Of a stretch of DNA of 64,000 bases, positions 50,329 through 62,136 are shown piece after piece (the first letter of the stretch is position 1; each line of letters begins with the position of its first letter). The translations under genes and the position numbers were made by a program. The notes beneath the pieces are model-generated. The model saw only the letters and a program-made list of their open reading frames with translations. It was not told the DNA's origin and made no database searches. The stretch is from Betaproteobacteria bacterium (GTDB lineage: Bacteria; Pseudomonadota; Gammaproteobacteria; Burkholderiales; SG8-41), in assembly GCA_032128415.1 (NCBI GenBank), contig JAQBGW010000165.1, forward strand, positions 1,481 to 65,480, written 5' to 3'.

Positions 50329-51687
50329 CTATGCCTTCTCCGCCTGCTTTTCCAGACTGCGTACTACCCGCTCCATCTGCATGAAGCGGGATCCTTTGAC
50401 TAATACCGTGGTCTGCGCGTCGAGCGCGTTTTTCACGTCAGCCAGCAGCTCTTCGATGCGCGGGTAATGCCGCGCGCCCTCGCCGAAAGCACGAGTGGAA
50501 TCTGCAGCCAGTTCACCCAGGGTATAGAGCCCGTCGATGCCGGCTGCCCGGGCATAGGCGCCCGCTTCCTGATGAAATGCCGGGCCCTGCGCTCCAACCT
50601 CACCCATGTCCCCGAGCACCAGCAGCTTGCGGCCGCACGCACGTGCCAGCACGTCGGTCGCCGCGCGCACCGAATCGGGATTGGCGTTGTAGGTGTCATC
50701 AATCAGCACGGCCCCACGCACACCCTGCTTCATTTGCAGCCGCCCCCGCACCGGCACGAAACGCTCCAGCGCGCGGGCACAGGCATCCAGTGTCGCCCCC
50801 GCAGCCGTGGCGGCAGCCACTGCGGCCAGCGCATTGCGCACGTTATGTTCTCCGGCCAACGGCAAAGCGATGCGGGCTGTTGCGCCGGGAATGCTGACGT
50901 CGAGTGTCGCCGTCGCGGCATCCATACTGCACTTTGCGGTTACGGTCGCGTGGCCCAACCCAAAATCGCGTACGGCACGAGCGCCGGCAGTGGTGCGCCA
51001 TACTGCGGCATGCGCATCGTCGGCGTTGATCACCGCCGTGCCATCACTCGGTAGTGCCGCAATGAGGCTGGCGTGCTCTTTGGCTACATCAGCGACGGAA
51101 CGCATGAACTCCTGATGTTCGCGTTGGGCGTTGTTGATGACGGCGATGGTCGGTTGCGCCAGCGCCGCGAGCTGCGCGGTTTCACCAGGATGATTCATAC
51201 CTACCTCAACCACAGCCACGCGGTGCGCAGCACGCAATGCCAGCAACGTCAGCGGCAGGCCGATGTGATTATTGAGATTGCCGCGCGTCGCGAGCACGGC
51301 GTCAGCGCCAAAATGCTCGCGCAGGCACACCGCGATCATTTCCTTGACGGTGGTCTTGCCGTTGGATCCCACCACGGCAATCAGCGGGATCCGGAACCTG
51401 CCGCGCCAATGCGCTGCCAACGCCCCTAGCGCAACCGTGGTATCTGCAACCACGGCCGTCGGTAGTGTCGGCACTTGTTCATATGCGCGATCTGCCAGCG
51501 CCGCGACCGCGCCTCCCGCCGCCGCCTGCGGCAAGAATGCGTGGCCGTCGTGCCGTTCGCCGCGCAGCGCAACAAACAGATCACCCGCAGCAATTGCGCG
51601 GCTATCGGTGCTCACCGCAGTGAAGGTCACATTGTCACCGCGCAGTGTGCCGCCCAATACGGTGGCCGCTTCGGCGAGTGTCATCAC
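50329..51687 (-). CDS. murF: UDP-MurNAc-tripeptide--D-Ala-D-Ala ligase
   Basis: GSNGKTTVKE, NNHIGLP, DDTYNANP, LVKGSR. Confidence 0.97.
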   Translation of the reverse strand: MMTLAEAATVLGGTLRGDNVTFTAVSTDSRAIAAGDLFVALRGERHDGHAFLPQAAAGGAVAALADRAYEQVPTLPTAVVADTTVALGALAAHWRGRFRIPLIAVVGSNGKTTVKEMIAVCLREHFGADAVLATRGNLNNHIGLPLTLLALRAAHRVAVVEVGMNHPGETAQLAALAQPTIAVINNAQREHQEFMRSVADVAKEHASLIAALPSDGTAVINADDAHAAVWRTTAGARAVRDFGLGHATVTAKCSMDAATATLDVSIPGATARIALPLAGEHNVRNALAAVAAATAAGATLDACARALERFVPVRGRLQMKQGVRGAVLIDDTYNANPDSVRAATDVLARACGRKLLVLGDMGEVGAQGPAFHQEAGAYARAAGIDGLYTLGELAADSTRAFGEGARHYPRIEELLADVKNALDAQTTVLVKGSRFMQMERVVRSLEKQAEKA

Positions 51688-53147
51688 CGCGTGCCCTCCA
51701 ACGCAGCGCGCACCACCGCGGCCTCGCTATAGCGGCGCCGCACGCCACCGGTCTCCTGGTAGCGTTCATGGCCCTTGCCGGCGACCAGCACCACATCGCC
51801 GCGACGAGCCTGCGCAATCGCTGATCGAATCGCCAGTCGTCGGTCAACGATCTGTTCGTGGGCGCTGCGAATGCCCTCCGCAATATCGGTGATGATCGCC
51901 GCCGGATTTTCAGTCCGTGGATTGTCGCTGGTAAGCACAATGTGGTCGGCAAGACGATCAGCCACAGCACCCATCATCGGCCGCTTGCCGCGATCACGAT
52001 CTCCGCCGCAACCAAAGACGCAGACGAGCCGTGCGCGCGCGCCTGCGATCTGGCGCAGGCTAAGCAACACTTTTTCGAGCGCATCAGGTGTGTGTGCATA
52101 ATCGACAATCACCAGCGGCTTGCGCCCGCCGCCATAACGCTCCATGCGCCCCGGCACCGGCGATAATTTTCCCAGCGCGGACACCGACTGTTCAAGTCCG
52201 ACGTCACTGGCCAGCAATGTGGCAAGCGATCCCAGCAGGTTGGCGGCATTGAAGCCGCCTATCATGGCGCTGTGTACTGTGGCGCGCCCCCAGGGCGAAG
52301 TCACCTCGAAGGAAAGTCCGTTGAGACCCAGACGCAGATTGCGTCCTTGCACCCGCGGCACCCGCAGATGCGCCGGCGGTGCGCGAAAACCATAACCCAG
52401 TGCTTCACCGCATCGATGTGTCAACGCCATTTCCCGGCCAAAAGCATCATCGAGGTTGAGCACAGTGTGGCTGAGCGCAGGCCAGCGAAACAGGCGCGCC
52501 TTGGCTGCGCGGTAACGCCGCATCGTACCGTGGTAATCAAGATGATCGCGCGTCACATTGGTCAGCAGGGCAACGTCGAACTCGACACCGGAGACCCGAT
52601 CCTGCTCCAGTCCGTGCGAAGACACCTCCATGCATACGGCCTTGGCGCCAGCGCGCACCAGCTTGCGCAAGCGGCCGTGGAGCGTCACCGCATCGGGCGT
52701 GGTATTGGCGTGGGCATCAAGGCGCCTCGGGAATCCGCTGCCCAGCGTGCCGATCACGCCACATTTGCGCCGCGCACGGGTTAGCGACTGGGCGATCCAG
52801 TGGCTGCATGAAGTCTTGCCGTTGGTTCCGGTAACACCCACAGTCCACAGTTTCCCGCTTGGTTTGCCGTACACCGCGCTCGCAATCACACCCGCCTCGC
52901 GACGCAAGTGCGGAATGCCCAGATTGTTCACCCGCCACCGCGAGTTCCAGGCATAACCCTCGGCATCCCACAGCACCGCCGTGGCGCCATTGGCTATAGC
53001 CTGTGCAATATAGTCGCGGCCGTCGCGCGCTTCGCCCGGGTAAGCCAGAAAGGTATCGCCCGGTCGCACGCTACGACTGTCGGTCGCCAGCCTGCGTACG
53101 CCAAGAGCAGTGATCGCGCGCATGTCGATTGCGGGAGCCGCCATCAC
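51684..53147 (-). CDS. murE: UDP-MurNAc-dipeptide--meso-DAP ligase
   Basis: GTNGKT, EVSSH, DYAHTPD, DNPR (DAP specificity), GKGHE. Confidence 0.98.
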   Translation of the reverse strand: MMAAPAIDMRAITALGVRRLATDSRSVRPGDTFLAYPGEARDGRDYIAQAIANGATAVLWDAEGYAWNSRWRVNNLGIPHLRREAGVIASAVYGKPSGKLWTVGVTGTNGKTSCSHWIAQSLTRARRKCGVIGTLGSGFPRRLDAHANTTPDAVTLHGRLRKLVRAGAKAVCMEVSSHGLEQDRVSGVEFDVALLTNVTRDHLDYHGTMRRYRAAKARLFRWPALSHTVLNLDDAFGREMALTHRCGEALGYGFRAPPAHLRVPRVQGRNLRLGLNGLSFEVTSPWGRATVHSAMIGGFNAANLLGSLATLLASDVGLEQSVSALGKLSPVPGRMERYGGGRKPLVIVDYAHTPDALEKVLLSLRQIAGARARLVCVFGCGGDRDRGKRPMMGAVADRLADHIVLTSDNPRTENPAAIITDIAEGIRSAHEQIVDRRLAIRSAIAQARRGDVVLVAGKGHERYQETGGVRRRYSEAAVVRAALEGTR

Positions 53148-54877
53148 ACCTCCTCCCGCACCAGCGGAATTTCTTCCGGCGCCAGCACGGTGGTCTTGCC
53201 CGGCGCATCCGGAGGCACCACGAGAAATCGCAAAGTGCCGGCGGCCACCTGGCTGAATACCGGGGCAGCCACCGCCCCGCCGGAATACTGACCGGTGGAA
53301 GGTTCGTCTATCATGACCGCAATAATCACGCGTGGACGCGATGCCGGCGCCATGCCGACAAACGAGGCCACGTAACGATCCGCGGCGTACCCTTTGCCTT
53401 CAAGCTTGTGCGCGGTGCCGGTCTTGCCGGCAACGGTATAACCCGAAACCTGCGCGCCGAGTGCCGTGCCACCGGGGAGTGCAGCCAGCTCCAACATCCT
53501 GCGCACCGCCATCGACGTCTTGGCGGACACTACACGGACACCCTGCGCCACGACCTCGCGCTTGATCAGCGTTACCGGACGCAATTCACCGTCAGTGGCG
53601 AACATCGTGTAAGCGCGGGCGAGTTGCAGTAACGAAACCGAAAGGCCGTATCCGTAGGACATCGTCGCCTTTTCAATCGGCCTCCACGTCGCGTAAGCAC
53701 GCAACCGTCCCGAGACCTCGCCGGGAAAACCCGAGTGCGGCGGCACGCCAAATCCGGCGCGACTGAACAGGCTCCACAAGACTTCGGACGGCAGCGCAAG
53801 CCCCATTTTTGCGGCACCCACGTTGGAGGATTTCTGGATCACCTGTGACACGGTCAACGCGCCTTGCGGATGAGCGTCGTGAATCGTGCGATTGCCGATA
53901 CTCAACTGGCCGGGTGCCGTCTGAATTATCGTGCTGGGCTCGAACAGACCCGCCTCCAACGCTGCCGCCGCAGTGAACGGCTTCAGTGTCGAGCCGGGCT
54001 CGAACAAATCTGTCACGGTGCGGTTGCGCGTGCGGCGCGCATCCAGTTTGCCGCGATTGTTCGGGTTGTAGCCTGGCAGATTCGCCATGGCCAGAATTTC
54101 GCCCGTCTCGGCATCGAGTACAACTATGCCTCCAGCCTTGGCGCGATGTGCCGCCACCGCTCGTTTGAGTTCGCGGTGCGCCAAATACTGGATGCGCGCG
54201 TCTATCGACAGCGTGAGCTTTTGGCCGTTCTGCGGCACGCGTATGCTTTCGACGTCCTCGACAATGCGACCAAGGCGATCCTTGATCACGCGCCGACTGC
54301 CGGATTTGCCGGCGAGCGTATTTTCAAACGCAAGCTCCAGCGCTTCCTGCCCTTTATCATCAACTCCGGTAAAACCAACGATATGCGCCATTACTTCGCC
54401 TGCCGGGTAATAACGCCGGTGTTCGCGTTGCAGGAACACCCCGGGAATACCGAGTTGCACGACGCGCTCGGCTTGCTCAGGCGGCAACTGACGCTTCAGA
54501 TAAACAAATTCCCGCTGCGTATCCGACAATCGCGCGCGTAGTTCATTTGCACTGATGCCAAGCAGTTGTGCGAGCTTGCGCAGATCTGCAGGGCTGGCCT
54601 CGACGTCGCCTGGACTGGCTGCCACCGACTCGACCGGCGTCGATATCGCCAGCGGTTCGTTGTTGCGATCAACGATCATGCCGCGACTCGCGCCAATCTC
54701 GACTACACGCGAATAGCGTGACTCACCTTTGCGTTGCAGAAAATCGTTATTGAGCGCCTGCAACCATAAAGCACGACCGGCCAGCCCGACAAACCAGGCG
54801 AGCAGTAACAGCAACACGAAATGGGTGCGCCACGCCGGCAGATTTGGCTTCTCAACACGAGTGGATGCTGGCTTCAC
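53144..54877 (-). CDS. ftsI: Penicillin-binding protein 3
   Basis: EPGSTLKP (SxxK), SSN, KTG motifs. Confidence 0.97.
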   Translation of the reverse strand: MKPASTRVEKPNLPAWRTHFVLLLLLAWFVGLAGRALWLQALNNDFLQRKGESRYSRVVEIGASRGMIVDRNNEPLAISTPVESVAASPGDVEASPADLRKLAQLLGISANELRARLSDTQREFVYLKRQLPPEQAERVVQLGIPGVFLQREHRRYYPAGEVMAHIVGFTGVDDKGQEALELAFENTLAGKSGSRRVIKDRLGRIVEDVESIRVPQNGQKLTLSIDARIQYLAHRELKRAVAAHRAKAGGIVVLDAETGEILAMANLPGYNPNNRGKLDARRTRNRTVTDLFEPGSTLKPFTAAAALEAGLFEPSTIIQTAPGQLSIGNRTIHDAHPQGALTVSQVIQKSSNVGAAKMGLALPSEVLWSLFSRAGFGVPPHSGFPGEVSGRLRAYATWRPIEKATMSYGYGLSVSLLQLARAYTMFATDGELRPVTLIKREVVAQGVRVVSAKTSMAVRRMLELAALPGGTALGAQVSGYTVAGKTGTAHKLEGKGYAADRYVASFVGMAPASRPRVIIAVMIDEPSTGQYSGGAVAAPVFSQVAAGTLRFLVVPPDAPGKTTVLAPEEIPLVREEV

Positions 54878-55158
54878 GGTTCAACCTCCGTGCGCCGCGC
54901 GGGAACCACTTCGACACGAGCTGCCGACGGCACGCGCATGTTGAGGTCACGGGTAGCAATGCGCTCAATCCGCGCATGGGTCGCCCACGTACCTTGTTCC
55001 AATTGCAGTTGCCCCCACTCCACATCCAGTTGTTTCGCCACCGTCTGCTCCTTCTCCAGCTCGCCATACAGCTTGCGTGCCTTGTGCTGCGAAGTAACCA
55101 CTCCCAGTGCGCACGCCATCAGGAGGGCCAGCAGAATGAAAGTCAGGCGGGCTGTCAT
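54874..55158 (-). CDS. ftsL: Cell division protein FtsL
   Basis: TM plus leucine zipper, LQLEQ, RIERIA; operon position. Confidence 0.95.
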   Translation of the reverse strand: MTARLTFILLALLMACALGVVTSQHKARKLYGELEKEQTVAKQLDVEWGQLQLEQGTWATHARIERIATRDLNMRVPSAARVEVVPARRTEVEP

Positions 55159-56093
55159 TGCCGGGGGGACGTCGTCCGTTCGGCCACGCGCATCACGGCG
55201 CTGCGTGCACGCGGATTTGCTGCGACCTCTGTTGCGCCAGAGCGCTGCGCGCGGCCAACCAGGCGCATGCGCGGCTGGGGCAGATCGCGGGCGCGAACCG
55301 GCAGGCGCGCCGGCAACGCATCGGCCTGCGACTGTGCGCGAAGAAAGCGCTTGACGATGCGATCCTCAAGAGAGTGAAAGCTGATGACCACCAGCCGGCC
55401 CTCCGGTTTGAGCAGGTCTACACACTGCGGCAACACTACCGATAACTCCTCAAGCTCCTGATTGACGTGAATCCGTAGAGCTTGAAACGTGCGCGTCGCC
55501 GGATCCTGGCGTGGCTCGCGCGCGGGAACGGCTTCTGCCACGAGCGTGGAAAGTTGTCGTGTGGTGTCAACAGGTCCTCGCGTCCGAGCCGCAACAATCG
55601 CTGCTGCAATCTGTTTAGCAAACCGTTCTTCGCCATAATCCCTGATGACCTCCCTGATTTCTGCTTCGCCCGCCGTGGCAATCCACTCCGCAGCGCTAAT
55701 GCCGTGTTCCGGATCCATACGCATATCGAGCGGCGCATCGTGCCGAAAACTGAAACCGCGCCTGCCGTCGTCCAGCTGTGGCGACGACACACCAATATCC
55801 AGCAGCACACCATCAACTTCAGCTACACCCTGTGCGAATACGGCATCGGCCATCAGGCTGAACGGGCTGCGCAGAATCGTGAACCGCGGATCAGTCACCG
55901 CCTGTCCCGCCTGCACCGCATCCGGATCACGATCGAGCGCAATCAGTCGTCCTCCTCTACCCAGCCGCTCCAGAATCAGGCGGCTGTGCCCGCCTCTGCC
56001 ATAGGTGCCATCGACGTAAACGCCGTCGCTGCGAACATTCAAAGCTTCAATCGCCTCCTGCGCGAGGACTGCGGCATGGCCGCTGTCCGTCAC
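55155..56093 (-). CDS. rsmH: 16S rRNA m4C1402 methyltransferase
   Basis: [34 protein letters not shown]. Confidence 0.98.
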   Translation of the reverse strand: MTDSGHAAVLAQEAIEALNVRSDGVYVDGTYGRGGHSRLILERLGRGGRLIALDRDPDAVQAGQAVTDPRFTILRSPFSLMADAVFAQGVAEVDGVLLDIGVSSPQLDDGRRGFSFRHDAPLDMRMDPEHGISAAEWIATAGEAEIREVIRDYGEERFAKQIAAAIVAARTRGPVDTTRQLSTLVAEAVPAREPRQDPATRTFQALRIHVNQELEELSVVLPQCVDLLKPEGRLVVISFHSLEDRIVKRFLRAQSQADALPARLPVRARDLPQPRMRLVGRAQRSGATEVAANPRARSAVMRVAERTTSPRQ

Positions 56094-56536
56094 AAGGAGA
56101 AATCCTCCAGCTCGGCCGGCAGACCGCCAGCGCCGAAACCACCGGCGTTGTCGATCAGCTGTGCCCAGCGCTCGTCATTCCACAACTCGAATTTCCGGCC
56201 CTGTCCAACCAGCACCACGTTTTTTTCCAGATGCGCATATCGGCGCAACTCCGGTGAAATCAACACGCGTCCGGCGCCGTCGATATCAACGTCGACGGCA
56301 AAGCCGATCAAGCGGCGCTGCAACTCGCGCACGCGCGGGTCGAGATTCGACAGACCTTCGAGTTTTTGCTGAATGAGTTCCCAGTCGGGCAGCGGATACA
56401 TCAGCAGGCAGCGGTCCGCATCAGCCGTGATGACCAGATGGCCGCCGCAACGCTCGAGCAAGGTGTCGCGGTGGCGCGCCGGCACGGCGAGTCTGCCTTT
56501 GCTGTCGAGATGTAGTTGTGCAACTCCGCGAAACAC
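56090..56536 (-). CDS. mraZ: Transcriptional regulator MraZ
   Basis: Two DxxGR motifs (DSKGR, DGAGR); GTG start at VFRG after AAGGGGG. Confidence 0.97.
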   Translation of the reverse strand: MFRGVAQLHLDSKGRLAVPARHRDTLLERCGGHLVITADADRCLLMYPLPDWELIQQKLEGLSNLDPRVRELQRRLIGFAVDVDIDGAGRVLISPELRRYAHLEKNVVLVGQGRKFELWNDERWAQLIDNAGGFGAGGLPAELEDFSL

Positions 56537-56592
56537 GAGCCCCCCTTGTATCAGCGGGGGCACAGGCTGCCGGGGCACCCGGACAACCATTT

Positions 56593-56620
56593 CCCCCACT
56601 TTCTACCACTTCGTCCCACT
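56593..56620 (-). promoter_or_regulatory. MraZ-binding direct repeats in the dcw promoter
   Basis: Minus strand AGTGGGACGA-AGTGGTAGAA-AGTGGGGG: three GTGG units with 10-bp period. Confidence 0.85.
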
Positions 56621-56886
56621 ATAAATAACCAAGGGGGAATGGTCAAGGGGCGAATTGCCAAATTTCTTTTTTACGACAATGACTTACGGCCACTTATTGA
56701 TGCTGGATTTGAGCATTTTTTCTCTCAGAAATAGCGTAATAAAAACAATGGGATATAGCGCGTACTGAAAGTAGCGCATTAACTAAATGTGCTTAAAAAT
56801 CAGGCGATTACGTCGAGCTGATGCTGACGCCACCCGGCGACACCCTGCTAAATCGTCCTGAAACGGGATTTACCCTTCCGCAGAAA

Positions 56887-57292
56887 GGTGAAGCTGGCCG
56901 GTAAGCCGGGTTCTGTCGTGGACAGCCATTCCTCTGGGCCGCACATTACTGTGCGGCTCAAGCCACCTACCCGCAAGCTCGGCGGGACGCGTCATCGCTT
57001 GCCTATTCGGTGTTGCTCCGGGTGGAGGTTACCGCGTTTCACCCCGCTGAACGAACCGGATAAATGAGTACGTCGCCGCACTCACTACCCCATTCTGGGA
57101 CTTTGCCGTCTTGCGGCGGCGCAGCCCGGTTCGTCCAGCGGACTCGTCTCTGTGGCCCTATTCCTCGCCTCGCGGCGGACGGGCGTTACCCGTCACCCTA
57201 CCCTATGGAGCCCGGACTTTCCTCTGCATGCGGTACGGTTGACTTACGTCACCCGCTTATTTCCGCACACAGCGGCTGCCTAGCCAGCTTCA
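56887..57292 (-). ncRNA. rnpB: RNase P RNA (class A)
   Basis: Minus strand GAAGCTGGCTAGGCAGCCGCTG..., GAGGAAAGTCCGGGCTCC, ...ACAGAACCCGGCTTACCGGCCAGCTTC; terminal P1 pairing; extended -10 TGATAAAAT just upstream. Confidence 0.97.
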
Positions 57293-57337
57293 CTGCGGAT
57301 TTTATCATGTGCACACCGCTACTCCGGCAAACAGAAT

Positions 57338-57985
57338 TCAGCACGCCTGCCGCGCTCGCACTGCCGCCAGCAGGCGATGCAGATGATGATCGTGTACGCC
57401 CAACGCATCGAGATGGCACAGCGTATTCGCCAGATAATCGATATTGGGTCCGCGATCTCCGCTACATGCGGCAATAATATTCGCCGTTGCGTCGAGCGCC
57501 AAATGCCCCGCGTAGCCGACATGCTGGCGATTGGCGAGAAAAGTCAGCGCCATCCGGCGGCGAGCGGCCCGCTTTGCCCCCACATTCACCGGCAACAACC
57601 GCGGCACATAAACCCGCCGGCGCATTTCGCGCTGCCATAGCGCCGCCAATGCTGCAGAAAGTTCCGTTGCAGCGACGCGATAGGCCGTGCCCCTGCAGGC
57701 GCCGCCCCGGTCCAGGCCAAGCACCAGGCCTGGCGCGGCTGTCGTGCCACGGTAGCGATTCGAATAAATACAGAATGTGCGGTGATATCCGCGCAACAAT
57801 GCGGGCGCCGCAGCAATGAAACGAAATCCGGGATCCCACATCAGCGAGCCGTACGTAAATATCCACAGATCGCCGCGCGGTAAATCCAGTTGGCTGTAAT
57901 GAAAAGGGTCATCCTGCGGCAACACATCGAGCGCGATGTTGCCGGGGCGCTTCGGCTGAGGACTCAAGAGTCGGCAATCTTCCAT
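57338..57985 (-). CDS. chaC: ChaC-family gamma-glutamylcyclotransferase
   Basis: [31 protein letters not shown]; true start may be further downstream. Confidence 0.88.
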   Translation of the reverse strand: MEDCRLLSPQPKRPGNIALDVLPQDDPFHYSQLDLPRGDLWIFTYGSLMWDPGFRFIAAAPALLRGYHRTFCIYSNRYRGTTAAPGLVLGLDRGGACRGTAYRVAATELSAALAALWQREMRRRVYVPRLLPVNVGAKRAARRRMALTFLANRQHVGYAGHLALDATANIIAACSGDRGPNIDYLANTLCHLDALGVHDHHLHRLLAAVRARQAC

Positions 57986-59001
57986 TCGACCGCGGTGCCG
58001 GCACGCATCGGCACCAGCGTATCAGCGCCGAACGGCACACTCGACGGCACCTGCCACGACTCGCGCAGCAGAGTAATTTTCCCGGTATTACGCGGCAACC
58101 CGTAAAAATCGGCTCCGTAAAAACTGGCGAATCCCTCAAGTCGATCCAGCGCTCCCGCCGCAGCAAAAACTTCGACGTAGAGCTCAATGCCGGCATGGGC
58201 AGTGTACATACCGGCGCAGCCGCAATCGTTTTCCTTGGTGTGCCGCGCATGTGGCGCACTGTCGGTGCCGAGAAAGAATTTCGGGTTGCCGCTGATCGCC
58301 GCAGCCACCAGCGCTTCGCGATGCATCTCCCGTTTGAGGATCGGCAAACAGTAAAGATGTGGCCGCATGCCGCCGATAAGCATCGCGTTACGATTGAGCA
58401 GCAGATGCTGCGGCGTCAAGGTTGCGGCAATGCGTGGCGGTGCGGCGGTCACGAACGCCACGGCTTCGCGGGTGGTGATGTGCTCCATGACTATTTTCAG
58501 GCTGCTGAAGCGCTCAACGAGCGGGGCCAGTGTGCGTTCGATGAACACACGCTCGCGGTCAAACACATCAACGGCGGCATCGGTGACCTCACCGTGCACC
58601 AGCAGCGGCATGCCGGCCTTTTCCATCGCCTCCAGTACCACGAAACATTTCTCGATTGCGGTTACGCCTGCAGCAGAATTGGTTGTCGCACCTGCTGGAT
58701 AATATTTTACCGCCTTGACCGCGCCGTCCTGCTTCGCCTTGATGATTTCGTCCGGACTCGTGTTGTCGGTCAGATACAGCGTCATTAACGGTTCGAAACC
58801 GCTGCCCGGAGGCAATGCAGCACGAATACGATCGCGATAGGCGAGCGCCAGAGCCGTCGTCGTCACCGGCGGCTTAAGGTTAGGCATGACAATCGCGCGC
58901 GCAAAGCGCGCTGCAGTATGCGGTAGCACGTCGCGCATGGCCGCACCGTCACGCAAGTGCAGATGCCAGTCGTCGGGCCGGGTGATGGTAATTATATTCA
59001 T
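57964..59001 (-). CDS. pyrC: Dihydroorotase
   Basis: [32 protein letters not shown]. Confidence 0.98.
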   Translation of the reverse strand: MNIITITRPDDWHLHLRDGAAMRDVLPHTAARFARAIVMPNLKPPVTTTALALAYRDRIRAALPPGSGFEPLMTLYLTDNTSPDEIIKAKQDGAVKAVKYYPAGATTNSAAGVTAIEKCFVVLEAMEKAGMPLLVHGEVTDAAVDVFDRERVFIERTLAPLVERFSSLKIVMEHITTREAVAFVTAAPPRIAATLTPQHLLLNRNAMLIGGMRPHLYCLPILKREMHREALVAAAISGNPKFFLGTDSAPHARHTKENDCGCAGMYTAHAGIELYVEVFAAAGALDRLEGFASFYGADFYGLPRNTGKITLLRESWQVPSSVPFGADTLVPMRAGTAVEWKIADS

Positions 59002-59080
59002 GGGGTAATCGATCTCATGGCGCGACGAATGGTAAACGTTGCACGGCAAACAGTAAATTCGCGCATGTTTGCAGTGCTGC

Positions 59081-59956
59081 TCAATCGCCACCCTTGAGAT
59101 CAAGGGCGCGCTGATACAGTGCGCTGCGATTGCCGCCGGTCAGCTTTACGGCCAAGGCCACTGCCTGTTTCAGCGTCAGTTCCTCAAGCAGGATCTTCAG
59201 TACATGCGTCACGTCCGCCTCATCGTCCTGCGGCTCTTCCCGCGCGCCGGCTACGATCAGCACAAACTCGCCGCGCTGGCGGTTTTCGTCGGCCTGCAGC
59301 CAATCCACAGCGGTATCCAGTCTGCAGCGATGCACGGTCTCGTGGATTTTTGTCAGTTCGCGTGCAATGACGATGTCGCGGTCGCCGCCAAATGCAGCGC
59401 AAATGTCAGCGACGCTATCGACAACGCGATGGGGCGCCTCGTAGAACACCAGCATCGCGGTTTGCGTCGTGAGCTCGGCAAGAGTTCGCCGCCGTTCCGC
59501 AGCGCGCGCCGGCAGAAAACCGCAGAACAGGAACCGGTCTGCAGAAAAACCACTGGCCGAGATGGCCGCAACCGCCGCATTCGGCCCGGGCAGAGGCACT
59601 ACCTTGTAGCCTGCCTCGCTGACCGCAGCGACCACCTGCGCACCCGGATCGGCCACCCCCGGCGTGCCGGCATCGGTCACCAGAGCTACCGTCTTACCCT
59701 CGGCCAGCAGTCCGATCAGACGCTTGGCAGCGCGGCGTTCATTGTGTTCATGCACAGCAAGGAGTTTGCCGGAAATGCCATGGCGATCAAGCAACCTGAC
59801 CGTGATGCGCGTATCTTCGGCTGCGATGACATCGACGGATTTCAGCGTTTCCAGTGCGCGCAACGTAATGTCGGACAGATTCCCGATGGGGGTAGAGACT
59901 ACATATAATGTAGCCTGGTCTGTCACGCTTCCTGTATTCACACCTTGTCTCGCCAT
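59081..59956 (-). CDS. rsmI: 16S rRNA C1402 2'-O-methyltransferase
   Basis: [30 protein letters not shown]. Confidence 0.97.
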   Translation of the reverse strand: MARQGVNTGSVTDQATLYVVSTPIGNLSDITLRALETLKSVDVIAAEDTRITVRLLDRHGISGKLLAVHEHNERRAAKRLIGLLAEGKTVALVTDAGTPGVADPGAQVVAAVSEAGYKVVPLPGPNAAVAAISASGFSADRFLFCGFLPARAAERRRTLAELTTQTAMLVFYEAPHRVVDSVADICAAFGGDRDIVIARELTKIHETVHRCRLDTAVDWLQADENRQRGEFVLIVAGAREEPQDDEADVTHVLKILLEELTLKQAVALAVKLTGGNRSALYQRALDLKGGD

Positions 59957-59968
59957 CGGATTTTTTGA

Positions 59969-61162
59969 ATGACCATTTGCTCGTCGCGTTGTGCCGTCGT
60001 CGCAGCGCTGGCACACCTACTATACGGAGCGCCCGTTGCATTGGCCAGCGATGCAGCGCTGCGCCCTGCCGTATCCATTGCCCAAACCCCGCACATTGCA
60101 TTGCTGCTGCCCACGAGTTCGAAGCTTTTCGGCAGACACGCCGCTGCGCTTCGCGACGGATTTCAGGCAGCCGCCAAGGCACAGGGGCAGCAACTGTTGG
60201 CGATTCGCGAGTATGCCGTGTCGGAGGATGTCGGCAATGTGCTGGAGGGATACCGTACTGCTGTGAACGGCGGCGCACAGGTGGTGGTAGGGCCGCTCAC
60301 TCGCGATGCCGTTACCGCGCTGGCATTCGGTGAGCCAGTTCCAGTGCCCACACTGGCACTCAATGTCGCCGATAACGTCGGTCGCATACCGGGCAATCTC
60401 TACATGCTGAGCCTGCAAGTTGAAACCGAGGCGCGGCAGGTTGCCCGATTAGCCTGGCGCGAAGGCCGACGCAACGCTGTCATCATCAGCGGCAGCGGCT
60501 CGGTGCAATTCCGCACACAGGCTGCATTTACCGCCGAATTCTCGATGTTGGGTGGCAAGGTAACTGAGGTGGCATATTCGGCAGAATCTGAAAAACTGAA
60601 CCTGATCGGGCGCAGCAGCATTACCTTGACGGAATTCGAAAAACCGAACCCCTCCCCGCGCAGCAGCAGCAATAGCAAAAGCAGCGACAAGCCAGAACCA
60701 GGACTGTTGACCATCGCAAGCAGCAGCGAAGACATGTATTTCCTGGCGCTGAACTACACCGAAGCACGCACGGCGCGCGCCTATCTCGGCGCAGCACCCA
60801 TCTACGCGACTTCCAGCGTGCATGTTGGCGACCCGGATCCGCTCGCAGGATTCGATCTCGCGGGGGTCACATTCGTCGATATGCCCTGGCTGCTGGAACC
60901 CAACCATGCCGCAGTGATGATCTACCCGCGTCCGCAACTCCAGGGTGCCATTGACCTTGAGCGCCTCTACGCCCTGGGCATTGACGCCTGGCGTATCACC
61001 CAGTTGCTGCTTGCGGGCGCACGCAACATCCGTCTTGACGGTGTTACCGGAACACTGACGCTGGGCCCGGACGGCCAATTCGAGCGCAGACTGGTTGCGG
61101 CGCGCTACATCGACGGCCGTCCCCAGGTTACAGGCCGGGGCGAACGTGAATCCGCGCGGTGA
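59969..61162 (+). CDS. lpoA: Penicillin-binding protein activator LpoA/LppC-like (C-terminal domain only)
   Basis: IALLLP, VVGPL, PTLALN, DMPWLL, RLYALGIDA, GVTG; position between rsmI and yraN. Confidence 0.85.
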   Translation: MTICSSRCAVVAALAHLLYGAPVALASDAALRPAVSIAQTPHIALLLPTSSKLFGRHAAALRDGFQAAAKAQGQQLLAIREYAVSEDVGNVLEGYRTAVNGGAQVVVGPLTRDAVTALAFGEPVPVPTLALNVADNVGRIPGNLYMLSLQVETEARQVARLAWREGRRNAVIISGSGSVQFRTQAAFTAEFSMLGGKVTEVAYSAESEKLNLIGRSSITLTEFEKPNPSPRSSSNSKSSDKPEPGLLTIASSSEDMYFLALNYTEARTARAYLGAAPIYATSSVHVGDPDPLAGFDLAGVTFVDMPWLLEPNHAAVMIYPRPQLQGAIDLERLYALGIDAWRITQLLLAGARNIRLDGVTGTLTLGPDGQFERRLVAARYIDGRPQVTGRGERESAR

Positions 61163-61487
61163 ACGTGCCGAAGCGCTCGCCGCAGCATGGCTGGTCGAAC
61201 GCGGTCTGCGCATCAGCGAATGCAATTACCGCTGCCGGTTCGGTGAAATTGACCTGATTGCCCGCGACGGCATCACCGTAGTTTTTGTGGAAGTGCGCAG
61301 TCGTGTCAACAATGCTTACGGGGGCGCTGCCGCAAGCATCACCCCGGCCAAGCGCGAGCGCCTGCTCAAGACCGCCCGCCACTATCTTGCCGGCATCGAA
61401 CCGGCGCCGCCCTGCCGGTTTGATGCCTTGCTGCTCACAGGTGAACCGCCGCACATCGAGTGGCTGCAGAACGCGATCGAGGAATAA
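61146..61487 (+). CDS. yraN: YraN/UPF0102-family predicted endonuclease
   Basis: GERAE, NYRCRFGEIDLI, VFVEVR, CRFD. Confidence 0.93.
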   Translation: MNPRGERAEALAAAWLVERGLRISECNYRCRFGEIDLIARDGITVVFVEVRSRVNNAYGGAAASITPAKRERLLKTARHYLAGIEPAPPCRFDALLLTGEPPHIEWLQNAIEE

Positions 61488-61503
61488 AGCTACCCGATAC
61501 TAG

Positions 61504-62136
<633 letters not shown>

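Noticed and set aside
57064..57477. 137-aa ORF overlapping rnpB and chaC
   Set aside because: Antisense to RNase P RNA and chaC; spurious.
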